Shown in pieces: positions 41,648 through 49,684 of a stretch of DNA of 55,026 bases (positions within the stretch are counted from its first letter, which is position 1; every line of letters starts with the position of its first letter). This DNA is from an uncultured Methanosarcinales archaeon (lineage in GTDB: Archaea > Nanobdellota > Nanobdellia > Woesearchaeales > JASKKU01), in the NCBI GenBank assembly GCA_964445165.1, contig CAYUJZ010000005.1:1-55026 (forward strand), in the 5' to 3' direction. The notes below the pieces were generated by a model. It was not told the origin of the DNA, searched no databases, and saw only the letters and a program-made list of their open reading frames with translations. Both the position numbers and the translations under genes were made by a program.

Positions 41648-42439
41648 ATGGCAGCAGGAAGAGTCAAAAAGAAAAAATGGTTCACGCTTTATGCTCCTTC
41701 AGTGCTTGGAGGAATCGAAATAGGCGAATCCCCGGCATTTGAGCAGAAAGAGCTCTTGGGCAGGTTCGTTACCCTGAACCTCATGGCACTTACCAGGAAT
41801 GTAAGAAACCAGGACTTCAGCATAAAATTTGAGATTAGCGAGCTAAAGGACAAGGATTCTGCAGGCTCAAAAATAATTGAGTTCTACATGAATCCCTCAT
41901 CTGTAAAGAGAATCATAAGAAAAAAAAGAGACAGGATAGACGACTCGTTCGCGCTAACCACAAGCGACGGCACAAAAATCCGAATTAAGCCAGTGATTAT
42001 CACAGCAACAAACCTTTCTGCAGCCAACCAGACCCGAATTATGAAGGCAGCAAGGCACTTCCTTTTCAATAAGATAAAGAAAACAAGCTATAACGACCTT
42101 CTAAACAGCCTGGTAAACCACACCCTCAAGAAAGAAATGGCATCATTCCTAAACCTCGTTGCACCAATAGAGAGAGTAGAGATAAGGTACTTTGGCATAG
42201 AAAATAATGTCAGGGTAAAAGAGCTTACAGAGGCAGGCTTCTCAGGGTTTGAGCCGCCAAAGGAAAAGCCCCAGCCAAAGAAAAAGCCAGCAGCAAAAAG
42301 CGAGCCCAGAGAAGAACAGGCAGAGAGCGAAGAGCAAGGGGAGAAGCCAGAAGAAAAGAAAGAAAAGCCAAAGAAGAGATCACCAGAGCCAGAAGAGAAA
42401 GAGCCCGAAGAAGCAGAAGAAACAGATAAAGAAGAGTAA
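41648..42439 (+). CDS. rps3ae: Ribosomal protein eS1 (S3Ae) with a roughly 55-aa K/E/P-rich C-terminal extension
   Basis: N-terminal 'VKKKKWFTLYAPSVLG'. The tail is 'PKEKPQPKKKPAAKSEPREEQAESEEQGEKPEEKKEKPKKRSPEPEEKEPEEAEETDKEE'. Confidence 0.85.
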   Translation: MAAGRVKKKKWFTLYAPSVLGGIEIGESPAFEQKELLGRFVTLNLMALTRNVRNQDFSIKFEISELKDKDSAGSKIIEFYMNPSSVKRIIRKKRDRIDDSFALTTSDGTKIRIKPVIITATNLSAANQTRIMKAARHFLFNKIKKTSYNDLLNSLVNHTLKKEMASFLNLVAPIERVEIRYFGIENNVRVKELTEAGFSGFEPPKEKPQPKKKPAAKSEPREEQAESEEQGEKPEEKKEKPKKRSPEPEEKEPEEAEETDKEE

Positions 42440-42520
42440 TTCTTTATTTTTTAATTAATGATATTCTTTAATTAACCTTTTTGAATTAATTAATATAGGA
42501 TTAAAAGAGGACAGAATAGA

Positions 42521-42790
42521 TTAAATTTTTTTATCCGTGAGCTTAACCTTGCTGCCAAGAGACTGCCCAGGCATTCCGCTTTCAAAGATAACACGAACAG
42601 CTCCCTTTGAGCCATGCGGAGCACTAACCTCTCCGGAAATTGCCTTCTTTGCAGGGCTCTCCCAGGCAACGCTTTTTCCTACAAGGGCCTTAGCCTTCTC
42701 TTTGCTGTCAACACCCTTAAACTGCACAATCATCTGGTTTGCTGACGTTTTCTTGAGGCTTCTCCTGAAGTTAACAATCACTCCTTCCAT
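42521..42790 (-). CDS. rpl35ae: Ribosomal protein eL33 (L35Ae)
   Basis: 'MEGVIVNFRRSLKKTSANQMIVQFKGV....AKALVGKSVAW....ISGEVSAPHGSKGAVRVIFESGMPGQSLG'. ATG at 42788-42790. Confidence 0.8.
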   Translation of the reverse strand: MEGVIVNFRRSLKKTSANQMIVQFKGVDSKEKAKALVGKSVAWESPAKKAISGEVSAPHGSKGAVRVIFESGMPGQSLGSKVKLTDKKI

Positions 42791-42895
42791 AATGCTCACA
42801 TCCTAAGAGATTTGGGTTTTATTTAAAAACCTTTTCCTTAAGCAGAAGCCCAATATATAGAAACATTTTTAAACTTTAATACAGAGACACAAGCC

Positions 42896-43573
42896 ATGCC
42901 AGCAAAATCAGGCTCCAGAGCAAGGAAAACCCCTTCTAAAAAGAAAAGTGCTTCCTCTAAGCCAAAAACAAAAGCAAAGAAAGCGAAAAAGACCAAAGCC
43001 CCAAAAAGCAGGGAAGCAGCCAAGCTCAACAAAATCTTTGACGAGCTAAAGGAATTCAGGAAAGAAGCCAGCATGCTCTCAGAAAGGATTTCCAGCCTGG
43101 ACAGCTTTAAGGAACTTAAGCACGCTTCAGAATTCAAAGACTCATTAGATAACCTGACATTTGTGGTAAACCGAGTTTACGAGCTTTTTTCCCAGGCCAG
43201 CGATGAGATGTACCAGGAGCACGAGCTCAATTCAGAAAGAATCAACCCCCTGGCATCAAAATTGGACAAGCTGATAGAGTTAAACACAAGGCTTTCTGAA
43301 GGGATACTCGGCTTGCTCAAAGAGCTTAAAGAGCTCAAGTCAAACGAAATCAAGATAGAAAAAGAGCTCCAGACAGTAAAGCTCCGCTCAGACGTAATCG
43401 CACTAAAGGAAGCAGGCAAAGATGTTATAGAAGGTGCACATGACAAGCAGGAAAAAACCCAGGAACACCCGCAGCAGAAGTCATCAGAAAACCCATATTA
43501 CCAACAGCAGCCCGAGCAGGAAAACAGCAACAGCTTCCAGGTAACCAACCCTAAGAGGATTCTCCCGAAGTAA
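42896..43573 (+). CDS. Hypothetical protein with a lysine-rich H1-like N-terminal tail, a coiled coil and a Q-rich C-terminus (225 aa)
   Basis: 'PAKSGSRARKTPSKKKSASSKPKTKAKKAKKTKAPKSREAAK' is followed by heptad-rich sequence. A TATA-like TTTTTAAAC lies about 30 nt upstream. Confidence 0.55.
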   Translation: MPAKSGSRARKTPSKKKSASSKPKTKAKKAKKTKAPKSREAAKLNKIFDELKEFRKEASMLSERISSLDSFKELKHASEFKDSLDNLTFVVNRVYELFSQASDEMYQEHELNSERINPLASKLDKLIELNTRLSEGILGLLKELKELKSNEIKIEKELQTVKLRSDVIALKEAGKDVIEGAHDKQEKTQEHPQQKSSENPYYQQQPEQENSNSFQVTNPKRILPK

Positions 43574-43575
43574 AT

Positions 43576-44370
43576 CTACCTTGGCTTAAAATTAGATACA
43601 ATCTTTCTCATCTCTTCAACATACTCACTGGCTTTCTCCTTTAGGTTATCAATCTCTGCCCCGGAGATGCTTGTAACCTGGTTATGCGCCACCTTTTTGG
43701 AAAGCTCATAAATCTCCTTTGCAAAATCCGCATGCTTCTGCTCAATTATTTTGGTCTTAACGAACTTCTCCTCAATCAGCCTTGGCACTTCCTTTGGCGT
43801 GGCAGGCATTTCACCGATTCTCATCAGGGCAGCATGCGAGGCATCAATCATAGCCCAGTAAAGCTCAGAAACCATCCTCAGGAATCCATACTCCACAGTC
43901 CTTAGGTTCCTTGGCGCCCTCTCATAATAGGCGTAGATAGCTTCCTGGCTCGGCTTTATCCGGCCCTGAAAAAGCAGAATCTGCATCGGCTCAAAAAACC
44001 CAGTATCAATCACAGCATAGCCATCACGCAAGATATTAACCAGCACAGGGTCTCCTGTTTTAGAGTGCTCCCAGAAGTTGGTAAGCTTCATTGTTGTGAC
44101 ATGAATCCTTTTCGATATCTTCTCCAGAATCTTAGCAGTCACAGTCCTGTAGGTCTCAGAAATCACATTATCAACGCTAAACTTTGCATCATCTATCACA
44201 ACCAGCACATCAATATCAGAGTGCGGGTCAAGGTCATTCTTCTTAGCCTGAGAGCCAAAAACAGCAATAACCTTAATCATCTCCCCAAATTCCTTAATCA
44301 TTTGTTTAGAGAAAGCATACACAATTTCAATAGCATCCTTGTCATAAAGGCTTTTCGTATCAGGCTTCAT
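43576..44370 (-). CDS. Pol-beta-superfamily nucleotidyltransferase with a C-terminal helical (KNTase/HEPN-like) domain
   Basis: 'VFGSQAKKNDLDPHSDIDVLVVIDD' is the G-S...D-x-D motif. The C-terminal ~130 aa is helical and lacks an obvious R-x4-6-H motif. It has its own TATA and AGGAG upstream. Confidence 0.7.
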   Translation of the reverse strand: MKPDTKSLYDKDAIEIVYAFSKQMIKEFGEMIKVIAVFGSQAKKNDLDPHSDIDVLVVIDDAKFSVDNVISETYRTVTAKILEKISKRIHVTTMKLTNFWEHSKTGDPVLVNILRDGYAVIDTGFFEPMQILLFQGRIKPSQEAIYAYYERAPRNLRTVEYGFLRMVSELYWAMIDASHAALMRIGEMPATPKEVPRLIEEKFVKTKIIEQKHADFAKEIYELSKKVAHNQVTSISGAEIDNLKEKASEYVEEMRKIVSNFKPR

Positions 44371-44434
44371 TTTTTTATCACACTCCTTGTAATTTTTTCC
44401 TAAATCTTATATTTATCTTATTATTCATGAATGA

Positions 44435-46597
44435 TTACTCAAGCGGAAGCTCGCTCCAGAACTTCCATTCCTGTGTAGGCGCATAACCTCCAACAATATA
44501 GTTAGGCCCTGAAATCTTGTCAAAATAAGAGTGCTCAATATTCGTCCAGGAAGTCGCAGGCTTGTAGCCAGCCCCCCTTATTCCAATAGGCACATCAAAC
44601 TTCTCCCACACCTTTGTAAGCTGCCTCGCCGGACCTTCATCATGCCCTTCCGAGATTATGTCAAAGTTGACCTTATTTTTCTTAAGAATCTCAATTGCCT
44701 CTTTCAAAGGCATACCCCCCTGGCCAGCCGGAAGATGAGAGTGCGCTCTTCCAAAAGAGTCAACAAGGTGCACATGCCCTAAAACACCTTCTTCGGCGAG
44801 CTTCTGAATCTGCTTTTTGTACCACTCATTGAATTCTTTTATCCTCTCCTCTTCATTCCTGAATTTCTTCCCTTCAGGGTTAAAGTATCTCATCCACATC
44901 CCTAAATGCTGGGTATCCAAAGTTGCTTTTATATGATCTTTGGCTATCTTTTCCGCCTCGGATTCCTTCATTTTGTACTCCTGCTTAAGGCGTTCTTTTA
45001 GCTCATTCCTGGAGTCCTTAACTATCTTAATCAGCTCTTCAGGGTGGCTTCCGTAGCCCATCTCAGGAAATACGTTCTCAGGCGCGATATATATCGGTTT
45101 CTTCAGCTTCTTCGCAACAGTTTCCCTGTAGGCATAAAGCCCTGCCTCTGCAAGCCCTCGGCTGCTCCTCTTCTGCCCGAACTCATCCACCGGCTTAATC
45201 CTGTCAAGCTGCTCTTTTAGCTGCTGGGCGCGCTGAAAATAGCTTGAAGCTGTTTCAGACATGTGCAGGTATTCTTTCTCAAGCTGCTTCTTCCTCTCAC
45301 TTAGCACCTCTATAATATTTTTCCTGTCCGGCGGAAGCAGGCCAGCAACATCCGGGTCTCTCATAAGCTCTGTGAAATGCTCATTAAACTTTTCCTCTCC
45401 TATCTTGCCTTTTAGGCCTTCATATCCTTCCAGCACTTTGTTAATCTTGTCAATCTTCTCCTTAATCTTGTCAATCCCATGTGCATAGTACCTTCCCATT
45501 CCCTCAGACTGCCTCACATCCCCCAGCCTGGACTCCTTAAAGATAAAGAGCAGAGGATGCTCTTTTTTCAGCTTCTCATAGTCCTGCTCAATCCTCTGAA
45601 GGTAGCCTTTGGTTCCGTCATCCTTAATATCAGAGTTTTTTGTAATGTCCACAACCCTGCCCATCCATTCAAAAAAGTGTTTTCTTTCTTTATCAAGTTG
45701 ATTAAGGTTCATCATCCTGACCTTAATGTCCCCGCTCTTTCCGTTTTCGTCTACAAACTCAGGTATCCTTTCCTCGGGCGATAATGCAAGGTTATCATTA
45801 ACATTAAGGTAATCGCCTTTCTTTACCTGGACTTCCCTGTTAAGCCTTTTGTCAAAATAAGAGAAGTCCTCCTTTGCAGTTTTCCATTCAGGTACAGGCA
45901 CATTCTCATTTGTCTTAAGCACCTGGTGCATAGAGCCGGTTTTTTCATCCACCACATATATAGGAATCTGCTTGCTCTCATCCCTGAACTGCTCAAAAGG
46001 CCCTCTTTTTATCCCGGTTTCCCCATCAATGTTAATCGTACCAGGCTCGCTTGGAGGTGACTCAGCCATCGAAATTGGCCTGGAGTACTCACCTGTATGG
46101 ACCACTATTGGAACGCCTGAGTCGGGCATGCTTTCATCAGAAGAAATATCCGCGGCAAAATCCACAGCCTTCTTAATCTCATTCAGCTCATATTCCTGAA
46201 GCTCGTTGCTGAATCCCTGCTTCCCGTCAAAGCCGGAGAGGTTCGGGACAGAATTTGTTGGGGTGTGCACAGTCAACTTGAACTTGTTGAACTTTGCAAG
46301 CTGCCTCATGTCTTCTCTTTTTTCATTCCCGTAGCTCTCAGCCCCCACTCCTTTATCTGACCCTTCGGGCATCTGGTTTAGCTCAACTCCTCTCGCCCCA
46401 CTTCTCATAGCCCTCATCATGCCCTGCCTGAAGTCACCGCCTCCGGCTCTTCCTTCTATAATAGAAGGAGAAATATCACTCGGCTGAATCAAAGGCTCCT
46501 CAATCCTGTCACTTGAGCCAATATAGCTTGGGTTTTGGTCATTAGAAATGTAGAAATCCCTTTCCATAGGCCCTTTATAATTATTCCCAAAATCCAT
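44435..46597 (-). CDS. Xylose-isomerase-like/endonuclease-IV-like TIM-barrel protein interrupted by a large (about 270 aa) insertion (720 aa)
   Basis: Barrel strand motifs appear in order: 'GVELN', 'KLTVHTP', 'IVVHTGEY' (aa 165-171), then 'IYIAPEN' (aa 502-508), 'LDTQHLGMW', 'HVHLVDSFGRAHSHLPAGQGGMP' and 'FDIISEGHDEG'. Confidence 0.6.
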   Translation of the reverse strand: MDFGNNYKGPMERDFYISNDQNPSYIGSSDRIEEPLIQPSDISPSIIEGRAGGGDFRQGMMRAMRSGARGVELNQMPEGSDKGVGAESYGNEKREDMRQLAKFNKFKLTVHTPTNSVPNLSGFDGKQGFSNELQEYELNEIKKAVDFAADISSDESMPDSGVPIVVHTGEYSRPISMAESPPSEPGTINIDGETGIKRGPFEQFRDESKQIPIYVVDEKTGSMHQVLKTNENVPVPEWKTAKEDFSYFDKRLNREVQVKKGDYLNVNDNLALSPEERIPEFVDENGKSGDIKVRMMNLNQLDKERKHFFEWMGRVVDITKNSDIKDDGTKGYLQRIEQDYEKLKKEHPLLFIFKESRLGDVRQSEGMGRYYAHGIDKIKEKIDKINKVLEGYEGLKGKIGEEKFNEHFTELMRDPDVAGLLPPDRKNIIEVLSERKKQLEKEYLHMSETASSYFQRAQQLKEQLDRIKPVDEFGQKRSSRGLAEAGLYAYRETVAKKLKKPIYIAPENVFPEMGYGSHPEELIKIVKDSRNELKERLKQEYKMKESEAEKIAKDHIKATLDTQHLGMWMRYFNPEGKKFRNEEERIKEFNEWYKKQIQKLAEEGVLGHVHLVDSFGRAHSHLPAGQGGMPLKEAIEILKKNKVNFDIISEGHDEGPARQLTKVWEKFDVPIGIRGAGYKPATSWTNIEHSYFDKISGPNYIVGGYAPTQEWKFWSELPLE

Positions 46598-46611
46598 TTT
46601 TTAATAAAGCA

Positions 46612-47088
46612 CTAAAACATATTGTCCCTTATTTTTTTAATCATCTCATCAAGCGCAGAAAGCGACTCCTCAACATCCTCATTCTTTATCCCATACTGCC
46701 TGATTGCCTCTGCTTCCTGCTCAATAGAGTAAAGGTCTTTCTTTGCATTATAATCTAAGCCAGTTTCAGGGCTTGCAAGCTCCTTTGCCTCCCGGTAAAG
46801 CTGCTGTGTTCTTGATGATATCTCCTGGTAAAACTTTGCAGGGTTTTGCTCATCTTCCTCCTGTTTCCCTTCACTAACCTCTTCAACAATCTCCGCAAGC
46901 TCATCCTCCTCGCTCTTTGGGCTACTTTCAGTTATCCTCCTTTTTAGCGATTCCTCGCTCTCTTTATCCCTTTCAGCCCGCTTTATGCTCTCTTCAATGC
47001 TCTTAATTTCCTCTTCTCGTTTATTCCTGAGCTCCTCAAGCCGCTTAATCTTTTCTTCACTGTCCATATTTTCGAATTCATCTACCAT
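46612..47088 (-). CDS. Highly acidic coiled-coil protein (158 aa)
   Basis: Its ATG at 47086-47088 overlaps the upstream gene's TGG-TAG (GCATGGTAG), which suggests translational coupling. E/D/K-rich. Confidence 0.55.
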   Translation of the reverse strand: MVDEFENMDSEEKIKRLEELRNKREEEIKSIEESIKRAERDKESEESLKRRITESSPKSEEDELAEIVEEVSEGKQEEDEQNPAKFYQEISSRTQQLYREAKELASPETGLDYNAKKDLYSIEQEAEAIRQYGIKNEDVEESLSALDEMIKKIRDNMF

Positions 47089-48560
47089 GCCAGCATCCCA
47101 TGAGCTTTCTTGAAGATTTCATAGCTTTTGCAGATAGCAACATCAACAGTGCCATAAGCTTTCTTAATCGAGTTTTGGTCTTTAAATTTCTGCATAGCCT
47201 CCTTTTGCGTAAAAGTGTCAATCAGGCTTTTGTGTACAGGCTTGTCTGTTTCAGGAAACAACGGACCGAAAATCTCCTTCATGCCTGAAAACACAGCAGA
47301 AATCGGCTCAAGCATACCCTTGCCCTTTGGCTTTTCTTCCTTTTTTTGCTCTTCTGCTTTCTCCTTCTTCTTATCCTCGTCAAACTCAGCAAGGTATTTG
47401 GTAAGGTCATCCCCAAGCGACTCAAGAACCTCTTTTACGCTTGCATCATATGAGCCGACCATCTCAAGCTGCTCCTTTCGTCTTACCTTGAGAAACTTTT
47501 CAATCTGGTCATTATTCCAGACATAGCCCCTCATAGTAAACTCCATCCTTCCTAAATGGGTAGGACCCCTGTTATATTCATTGGAAAAATTCATATTGGG
47601 CCTCGTCCTGTAGCTGAAGTTAACTATGATGATTGGCTTGAAATTTCCCGCGTCGCTCTTTGTTGCAAGAAACTCCATTTCCATCATGGAAGACTCAAAC
47701 CCAGAAACAACCTCAATATGCCCCTTAAGCTTGTTGCTCATATGCAGCCCCCTTATATTGTCCAGGTAAGGCTTAATCCAGCTGATATAAAGGTTTATTG
47801 CATCATGGTATTGCTTAAGGTATTTTATCGTGAATTTTCTCCTTGTCTTAAGCTCTTTGAAAGTGTGGTCTTTCCAGGTGTAGTATGCCTTGAGTTTTCT
47901 GGCAAGGACATTAACAAGCTGCATAGAAAAGTCTTCCTTGTCCTTAAGCCTGTTAACCTCTCCTTCCACCTCATCAGCATTCTTAAGGTTAACAGAGAAA
48001 AACAGGTCAGGAAGAAGCGAAAACCCAAGCTCATTTGCCATCCCCCAGACTGAAGCAGGGTTTTTAGCGCCTCCCTCAACAAGATCAATCCAGGTACCCT
48101 TAAGTGTAACCTCAGACGATTCCTCACCACAGTAGCTTTTATTGTAAAGAGAAAGCCTCTCATCAAGAATTCTCAGCTCCCTTAGAATCTGAAAGAGCTC
48201 CTTGACCATCTTTCCAATAGTAGCCATGAACTGGCTTGCCTTGTCCTGCTGGATTCCAAGCCTTTGTGCATTGGATCCGAAGAAGCTTGAGCTTTCAGAA
48301 GCAGCAAAGCTGTCCACTATCTTAATCATCCTGTCAAAAGAAAAGTCTGTTTTAAGAAGCTTGACCAGGGAATAGTAAGGCTCTTCCATAGGAAGGTTGT
48401 ATGACTGAAAAATCAGCCTCTGAAACCTGTCTGTATTAGGGTAGTTGCTCTTAGCAAAAACGCCCCTCTCAACTTCAATAGTATGCGCCCCATCATCTTT
48501 AAACTCCTCTTCAATAAACTTAATGCTCTTATCGTAATAATCGTAGTAAAGCTCGACCAT
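47082..48560 (-). CDS. Orphan hypothetical protein (about 492 aa), first gene of the cluster
   Basis: Long ORF with no TM helix and no nucleotide-binding motif. I prefer the ATG at 48558-48560 over the TTG at 48566. A minus-strand TATA-like AAATATATTA lies about 28-35 nt upstream. Confidence 0.6.
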   Translation of the reverse strand: MVELYYDYYDKSIKFIEEEFKDDGAHTIEVERGVFAKSNYPNTDRFQRLIFQSYNLPMEEPYYSLVKLLKTDFSFDRMIKIVDSFAASESSSFFGSNAQRLGIQQDKASQFMATIGKMVKELFQILRELRILDERLSLYNKSYCGEESSEVTLKGTWIDLVEGGAKNPASVWGMANELGFSLLPDLFFSVNLKNADEVEGEVNRLKDKEDFSMQLVNVLARKLKAYYTWKDHTFKELKTRRKFTIKYLKQYHDAINLYISWIKPYLDNIRGLHMSNKLKGHIEVVSGFESSMMEMEFLATKSDAGNFKPIIIVNFSYRTRPNMNFSNEYNRGPTHLGRMEFTMRGYVWNNDQIEKFLKVRRKEQLEMVGSYDASVKEVLESLGDDLTKYLAEFDEDKKKEKAEEQKKEEKPKGKGMLEPISAVFSGMKEIFGPLFPETDKPVHKSLIDTFTQKEAMQKFKDQNSIKKAYGTVDVAICKSYEIFKKAHGMLAW

Positions 48561-48697
48561 GCCCAAATTTATAAAGAGAGTCCTTAATATATTTTTCTCT
48601 TAAAAACCCATTATTCTATAGCAAGGTGCTGGTTTTTGTTTTAAGGACTCTCCAGCCATGACAAAAATTTTTAAAAGGCAAAGAAACATTTGCATTC

Positions 48698-49684
48698 ATG
48701 GACACAGATTCTGAAGGCCAGAGGCATTTTGACATTATCAGCATAGGCTCAGCAACAATTGACCAGTTTGTCTACACAGACATCCAGCTAATACAGATAA
48801 AAAGCAGCACCCTGGCAAAAGAGCTTATTGCATACCCGTTAGGCTCAAAGCTCCTTATAGAGAAGTTCCACCTCTTCACTGGTGGCTCTGCATCAAACAC
48901 CTCTGTTGGTTTCTCAAGGCTCGGGCTAAATGCAGCCTGTATCTCAAACATAGGCCTGGATTACAACGGCGAGATTATACTTAAAGAGCTAAAGAGGGAA
49001 GGAGTTAGCTTCATCGGCTCAACAGACAAAAGCCATCCAACAGGCTTTTCAGTAATACTAGACAGTTTTGCAAAAGACAGGACAATACTCACTTACAAAG
49101 GAGCAAATGACCATCTCACATTAAAAGCCATCGCCCTGGAAGGCATAAGCACCAATGCCCTTTACATAGGCTCCCTTGCCGGGAAAGCATTTGATGAAGG
49201 AGTAAAGCTTATCAGGCAATTTAGAAAAAACAGGAAAAAAGAACTGGTTGTTTTCTTCAACCCCTCCGCATATGTTGCAGACAAGGGACTTAAATTCTTT
49301 TCAAAGTACCTTTCGCTTGTTGACTTTTTAATTCTAAACAAGGAAGAGGCAAGGCTTCTCCTGGAAAACCCTCACCTGTCCAGCCCTGTTGATATCATTA
49401 CTGCTCTTCACATGAGGACAAAAAAGCCCATTGCAATGACAGACGGCGCAAACGGCGCATTCTATTATGACGGAAAGTCATTCCACCACAAAAAGGCAAG
49501 AAACATTAAAGTGGTTGAGTCTACAGGCGCAGGCGATGCATTTTCGGTTGGCTTCTGCTTCGGTGTCCTGTCAGGAAAAAAGCCAATTACCTGCCTTGCA
49601 TACGGCATAAAAAACTCAGAGTCAGTAATAAAGGAGATTGGTGCGAAAAACACCCTTTTAAAGAGATTAGCGTTTTCCAGGTGA
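48698..49684 (+). CDS. PfkB/ribokinase-family carbohydrate kinase
   Basis: 'GGSASNTSVG' and 'ESTGAGDAFSVGF' motifs. TTTTTAAAA lies at 48668-48676. Confidence 0.85.
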   Translation: MDTDSEGQRHFDIISIGSATIDQFVYTDIQLIQIKSSTLAKELIAYPLGSKLLIEKFHLFTGGSASNTSVGFSRLGLNAACISNIGLDYNGEIILKELKREGVSFIGSTDKSHPTGFSVILDSFAKDRTILTYKGANDHLTLKAIALEGISTNALYIGSLAGKAFDEGVKLIRQFRKNRKKELVVFFNPSAYVADKGLKFFSKYLSLVDFLILNKEEARLLLENPHLSSPVDIITALHMRTKKPIAMTDGANGAFYYDGKSFHHKKARNIKVVESTGAGDAFSVGFCFGVLSGKKPITCLAYGIKNSESVIKEIGAKNTLLKRLAFSR

